Source: Rhodospirillales bacterium
Lineage (GTDB): Bacteria > Pseudomonadota > Alphaproteobacteria > Bin95
Direction of reading: 5' to 3'
NCBI GenBank assembly: GCA_038143065.1
Contig: JAYQLI010000035.1
Span: 2,368,894-2,432,893 of the forward strand
DNA length: 64,000 nt
In this document: positions 59,428 to 64,000 of the stretch, piece by piece
How positions within the stretch are numbered: the stretch's first letter is position 1
Layout of the letters: every line of letters begins with the position of its first letter
Translations under genes and position numbers: made by a program
Notes under the pieces: model-generated
Told to the model about the DNA's origin: nothing
What the model saw: the letters and a program-made list of their open reading frames with translations, nothing else
Databases searched by the model: none

Positions 59428-60699
59428 ATGATTTCTGAAATCTCCTCAGCCTTGAATGGCCAAATGGATTTTGCTGCAGGCGTATTTGAAAGGCTCCAAG
59501 CAGTCAGTAAGGATGTGCGCGGGGTTACCCGCGCCAGTTATGGAAACGGGGAGCAGGCGGCGCATGCATTGATGGCTGAAATTGCTGGTGAATTGGGATT
59601 GGAAGTTGGACAGGATGCTGCTGCTAACACCTACATGACTTGGGTTGGACAAGACCGCTCAGCCCCAATTCGCTTGGTAGGTAGTCACCTCGACTCAGTC
59701 CCGCAAGGTGGGAACTATGATGGTGCCGCTGGTGTTGTTTCTGGCCTAGTTGCAATCCGGGCGCTGAAGTCTATTGGCTATAAACCCAGATGTGACATAA
59801 CAGTTATGGGAATACGAGCAGAAGAAAGCTGCTGGTTTGGAGTATCTTATATAGGAAGCCGATCAGCTCTTGGCACCTTGCCAGAGGGTTCACTCGAAAC
59901 GGCAAAGCGAATGGATAATGGTATTTCATTGGGTGAACACATCGCTGACTGTGGTGGTGATCCAGATAAATTGCTGACTGCTACGCCACATTTGGATGCC
60001 AAAAAAATCGAAGCTTTTCTTGAGCCACATATAGAGCAGGGTCCCGAGCTAGTAGAAGCCGGTTACCCTGTAGGCATTGTTACAGGCATACGTGGAAACA
60101 GACGTTTCCCAAATGCGCTTGTTTCAGGTGAGTATGCTCACTGTGGGGGAGCGCCTCGGCGGGTGCGAAGGGATGCTGTGGTGGCGGCAACTGAATTTGT
60201 CCAGGCCTTAGATGTTTTATGGGATAAGGCGGAAGCAAAGGGCGATGATTTCGCTTGTACAATAGGAAAATTTAATACCAATGCCGATCGTCATGCGATG
60301 ACGGTAATTTCTGGCGAGGTCTCTTTCACCTTGGACATCCGAAGTGTGAACGCCAAAACATTAGAGTGGCTTGAGGTAGAAGTTCCAAGAATTTCAGGAG
60401 AGATTGCGGAGCGACGTGGCGTGAATATGAACCTTGGCCCGATTACCCGCGCTGCTCCTGGTGTCATGGATCAGAATTTAATGAAAACGTATCGCGATGC
60501 TGCTGAAGCAATGAGCGTCCGCGCGATGGATATTCCATCAGGTGCCAGTCATGACTCTGCGGCGTTTGCTGATGCGGGCATACCAACAGCTATGCTTTTT
60601 ATTCGAAACGAAAATGGCAGTCATAATCCAGACGAAGCAATGGAAATCGAGGATTTTATAGAAGCCACAAAGTTACTCGCTGCTTCTCTAAGCAAGTGA
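59428..60699 (+). CDS. M20 Zn-dependent amidohydrolase (N-carbamoyl-amino-acid / allantoate amidohydrolase family)
   Basis: GSHLDSVPQGGNYDGAAG, RAEE, EPHIEQGP, SGASHD and GSHNPDE. Confidence 0.9.
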   Translation: MISEISSALNGQMDFAAGVFERLQAVSKDVRGVTRASYGNGEQAAHALMAEIAGELGLEVGQDAAANTYMTWVGQDRSAPIRLVGSHLDSVPQGGNYDGAAGVVSGLVAIRALKSIGYKPRCDITVMGIRAEESCWFGVSYIGSRSALGTLPEGSLETAKRMDNGISLGEHIADCGGDPDKLLTATPHLDAKKIEAFLEPHIEQGPELVEAGYPVGIVTGIRGNRRFPNALVSGEYAHCGGAPRRVRRDAVVAATEFVQALDVLWDKAEAKGDDFACTIGKFNTNADRHAMTVISGEVSFTLDIRSVNAKTLEWLEVEVPRISGEIAERRGVNMNLGPITRAAPGVMDQNLMKTYRDAAEAMSVRAMDIPSGASHDSAAFADAGIPTAMLFIRNENGSHNPDEAMEIEDFIEATKLLAASLSK

Positions 60700-60706
60700 C
60701 AACAGC

Positions 60707-60722
60707 AGCCGAAAGGCTTTTT
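60707..60722 (+). terminator. Possible short intrinsic terminator
   Basis: AGCC-GAAA-GGCT hairpin followed by TTTT, just after the M20 stop. Confidence 0.35.
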
Positions 60723-60809
60723 AAGTAAGTTTTTTTTAGGATTTAGTGCGGTTGATATAACCTCGCTGTAGGTTGAAGAAAAAATTTTAAGTTTAGGGTA
60801 ATCCCATTG

Positions 60810-61565
60810 ATGGACAGGCTTTTGGAAAATCATGTTGCGCTGGTCACTGGAGCGGCTCAAGGAAACGGTGCAGCTATCGCTAAAGGCCTTGCTATGGCTG
60901 GGGCGGCGGTCGCAGTCTCTGATATCAATCTTGATGGAGCTAAGGAAACAGCTCTCGTTATTGAACGCGTTGGAAGTAGATCATTTGCGTTCAAATGTGA
61001 TGTAGCTGATAGGGAGCAATGTACCGCTTTCATCATGGAAGCTGAGGAAGTTCTTGGAAAACCTAGTATTCTTGTGAATAACGCAGGGATATTTATTCGA
61101 GGTGGGGTGGATGAGCGCAATTTTGAAGATGTATGGCGGCAAACCCTGAATATTAACGTGATGGGTGTGGTGAATATGACTATGGCAGCCCTGCCATCAC
61201 TAAGGCAAACTAAAGGTCGAATAATTAATGTGGGCTCTATCCGCTCTTTTACGGCCGATAAAGCATCCGCTGCCTATGCCGCTAGTAAGGGGGCAATTTT
61301 GCAGATTACCAAGAGTTTTGCTGTTGAACTTGTGGGTGAAGGTATCAGAGTGAATGCCATTGCACCTGGTATTATTGCAACGCCCATGACCGAAGTGACG
61401 CGTGCCGACCCATCAAAGATTAGCAATTTCCTGCGCGATGTGCCGATGGGTCGAGTTGGTGAAGCTGAAGAATTAGTGGGGCCCGTAAATTTTTTAGCCT
61501 CTGATATGTCAAGCTACATTACGGGTGTAATGCTTCCCGTTGATGGTGGATACCTCGCCCAATAA
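60810..61565 (+). CDS. Short-chain dehydrogenase/reductase
   Basis: TGAAQGNG, NNAG, YAASK, NAIAPG and VDGG. Confidence 0.9.
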   Translation: MDRLLENHVALVTGAAQGNGAAIAKGLAMAGAAVAVSDINLDGAKETALVIERVGSRSFAFKCDVADREQCTAFIMEAEEVLGKPSILVNNAGIFIRGGVDERNFEDVWRQTLNINVMGVVNMTMAALPSLRQTKGRIINVGSIRSFTADKASAAYAASKGAILQITKSFAVELVGEGIRVNAIAPGIIATPMTEVTRADPSKISNFLRDVPMGRVGEAEELVGPVNFLASDMSSYITGVMLPVDGGYLAQ

Positions 61566-62294
61566 CTACACAGAAGCTACCGCCGCCCCTCGTCGTTCAG
61601 CTAAATCAATAACGTGCTCAGTGAAGCGTTTGGTCCATTTATCGATTTTTGGATCAAGTGATGGATAGAGGCGTATTTGTTCCTCTCTGGGCATTGCTCC
61701 TGGACGGTCCAGCATGTGCGCTCCATGAATCGTCCAGCGTTTTATCATGTCTATTGTAACTTCTGGGTGAAATTGAAGTGCGAAGCAGTGATCATCATAG
61801 CGAAAAAATTGGTTTGGAAATTCAGAGTTACCTGAGGCTAGTAAAGTTGCCCCTTTCGGTAGATCGAAGCCATCTTTATGCCATTGAAAAACTCGCATGG
61901 GCTTAGTGAAGAATGATCTTCCAGCAGGTGTTGGGTAGATTTCACTATAACCAATCTCGACAAAATCCTTTGGATGTCGCCATACCTTTGCTCCGAGAGC
62001 TCTGGCTAAAATCTGGGCGCCTAGACAAACTCCAACGAAAGGTGCTGCCCCATTAATCGCCTTATCAATCCATCGGATTTCTTCTGGAATACAAGGAATG
62101 TGATCTTCAAATGCACTTTGGGGGCCGCCAAACATCAACGTGGCTGTATAATCTTCTGTAGATGCTGGAAGCGCTTGACCGATGTTTGGGCAGCGTACAT
62201 CCAATATAAATCCTTGTTCCATAAATAACCGGCCAAGCCTAGCTGGATAGGATGTTCGTTGATGTACAATGCAGAGGATGGTGCCGCGTTTCAT
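61566..62294 (-). CDS. Class I glutamine amidotransferase-like protein
   Basis: GGPQS, GVCLGAQ (nucleophile), QWH and QFHPE (His-Glu). Confidence 0.9.
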   Translation of the reverse strand: MKRGTILCIVHQRTSYPARLGRLFMEQGFILDVRCPNIGQALPASTEDYTATLMFGGPQSAFEDHIPCIPEEIRWIDKAINGAAPFVGVCLGAQILARALGAKVWRHPKDFVEIGYSEIYPTPAGRSFFTKPMRVFQWHKDGFDLPKGATLLASGNSEFPNQFFRYDDHCFALQFHPEVTIDMIKRWTIHGAHMLDRPGAMPREEQIRLYPSLDPKIDKWTKRFTEHVIDLAERRGAAVASV

Positions 62295-62430
62295 CCTGAA
62301 ATGGTATGCCGTGATTACGTGATTGAAGCAATGCGATAAAGTTATCTTTGATCCAGCGTTAGCTGTTTTGACTACCAGCTATGCAAAAATAGATTTTGTT
62401 CCGTAAGCCAAACTATGAGATTGACCTGGC

Positions 62431-63360
62431 TTGAAAGGGATTTTGGTAATGAATTTCCGTATGGCTCGCGTCTGGCAATTCAGACCAATTTTTCTTGGTG
62501 ACGCCTCAGTTGGCGCCTTGTTGATGGTTATGTCGACAATTTGTTTTGTTTCCATGCAAAGCCTAATCCGTCAAATTGGCGGCGAATTGCCTCCAGTAGA
62601 GGTTGCTTTTTTCCGCAACCTTTTTGGCTTCTGCGCTATTGCCCCAATTTTTTTCAAATACGGATTTTCACCTCTTAAGACATCTCGATTAAGAGTACAT
62701 GCACTGCGCGGTGCTCTTCAGGGCATATCAATGATGGCTTTTTTTACAGGCGTAACCATGGTGCCATTTGCAGAAGCCACATCTATTAGTTTCTCCGCCC
62801 CTCTATTTGCCACAGTCTTGGCAGTAATTGTCTTAAGGGAAAAAATACGTATTAGGCGCATCACCGCCCTTCTTCTGGGGTTCGCGGGAGTGATTATTGT
62901 TCTTCGCCCTGGATTTATGGAAGTTGGCCTTGGACAAGGCCTACTTTTAAGTTCTTCATTAATTTGGGGTGCAGCCATCATTGTTATTAAACGACTATCA
63001 GTTTCTGAGTCCGCTGCTACGCAGACGGCCTATATGGGATTATTTATGACACCCATAACTTTCCTGCCGGCTCTATATGTGTGGCAGACCCCAAGTTTTG
63101 AGCAATTAGCTTGGATGGTGTTGATAGGTATTTTTGGTACTATCGGTCATCTCTGCTTTGCGGGCGCTTTCCGACGTGCAGAATCGAGTGCTCTTCTGCC
63201 TCTAGATTTTCTCAGACTCTTGTGGGCGAGCGTCTTGGGATATTTTTTGTTCTCTGAGATACCTGATTTATGGGTATGGATTGGGGGAGGAGTGATTTTC
63301 ACAAGCGCCACATATATAGCCTTTCGTGAAGCACATCTCGCTAAGCGAAAGAGTAATTAG
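62431..63360 (+). CDS. DMT/EamA-family transporter
   Basis: About 10 hydrophobic segments, with FFRN, APLF..LA...LREK and LFSEIP. Start uncertain. Confidence 0.88.
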   Translation: MKGILVMNFRMARVWQFRPIFLGDASVGALLMVMSTICFVSMQSLIRQIGGELPPVEVAFFRNLFGFCAIAPIFFKYGFSPLKTSRLRVHALRGALQGISMMAFFTGVTMVPFAEATSISFSAPLFATVLAVIVLREKIRIRRITALLLGFAGVIIVLRPGFMEVGLGQGLLLSSSLIWGAAIIVIKRLSVSESAATQTAYMGLFMTPITFLPALYVWQTPSFEQLAWMVLIGIFGTIGHLCFAGAFRRAESSALLPLDFLRLLWASVLGYFLFSEIPDLWVWIGGGVIFTSATYIAFREAHLAKRKSN

Positions 63361-63546
63361 GTTCTCGTAGTCAACTTTCCGGAAAAGTGGATAGTGAGGG
63401 AAATATAGAACCAAATTCAGCTTAATTAAATTTGCAGCAAACTTTATACTCCAATGGTTTTTTAGGCACAGCAGAAGTGTCTTTGGTCTTGCGTTGACGG
63501 ACTCGCTCTTGTGGAGCTAACGTTAAGCTGAATTTGGAGAAGGGAC

Positions 63547-63846
63547 ATGTCCGAAGTTACTATAACGAGAGCAGATTTAACTGATGCCGTTTATCAGGAA
63601 GTCGGGCTTTCAAGGAATGAGTCCGCTGATCTTGTTGAAATGGTCCTTGGTGAAATTTCGTCCGTTTTAGAGTCCGGTGAATCAGTTAAAATCGCTGGCT
63701 TTGGGACGTTTATGGTTCGTCAAAAAGGTCTCAGACGTGGACGTAACCCAAAAACGGGAGAGGAAGTTCCAATTCTGCCCCGTAGAGTTTTTAGCTTTAG
63801 AGCCTCACATATTCTAAAAGACTACATCAACCATAGCGTTAATTGA
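63547..63846 (+). CDS. ihfA: Integration host factor alpha
   Basis: [27 protein letters not shown] and [12 protein letters not shown]. Confidence 0.93.
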   Translation: MSEVTITRADLTDAVYQEVGLSRNESADLVEMVLGEISSVLESGESVKIAGFGTFMVRQKGLRRGRNPKTGEEVPILPRRVFSFRASHILKDYINHSVN

Positions 63847-63870
63847 TTAGGCAATCTTCTGAGGCATTAA

Positions 63871-64000
63871 ATGGTTAGAGATTCAATTAAGCGCCGCATT
63901 AGAAAAAGCGCTTCCGCTTACAGAACAATCAGCGAGGTATCCGAAGAAATTGACGTGCCTGCCCACGTTCTTCGCTTTTGGGAAAGTAAATTCCCTTCCT
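63871..64000 (+). CDS. MerR-family transcriptional regulator (truncated by window end)
   Basis: Manual translation [42 protein letters not shown], typical of the alphaproteobacterial gene that follows ihfA. Confidence 0.85.
   Translation, partial: MVRDSIKRRIRKSASAYRTISEVSEEIDVPAHVLRFWESKFPS

Overview
Core chromosomal region of an Alphaproteobacterium, probably a free-living Rhodospirillales-like lineage with moderate GC (about 48-50% by eye). This assignment rests on conserved syntenies: nuoA-N/birA/coaX/rnj, DUF3576/leuS/lptE/holA, recG/sdhE/mfd, ihfA/merR, and a split gcvPA/gcvPB. Contents in order: a methylcitrate-type cluster (prpD, prpB, divergent prpF plus a second MmgE/PrpD and an MTHFSD-like gene), an Lhr-type helicase divergent from an NYN nuclease and tusA, a glycine cleavage operon under a tandem glycine riboswitch, the full 14-gene complex I operon, housekeeping genes, tRNA-Leu(CAA), and an uncharacterised catabolic operon with three amidases. 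At least 21 genes, including essential ones, are broken by 1-2 nt indels, mostly in homopolymers. This is best explained as long-read or low-coverage consensus error rather than pseudogenisation. No CRISPR array, integrase, transposase or prophage was seen. I found no clearly novel multi-gene defence or mobile system. The best candidates for undescribed biology are metabolic: the triple-amidase/RidA/crotonase/carbamoylase operon, the PrpF plus second-PrpD unit, and the orphan ThDP beta-subunit/TfdA pair.
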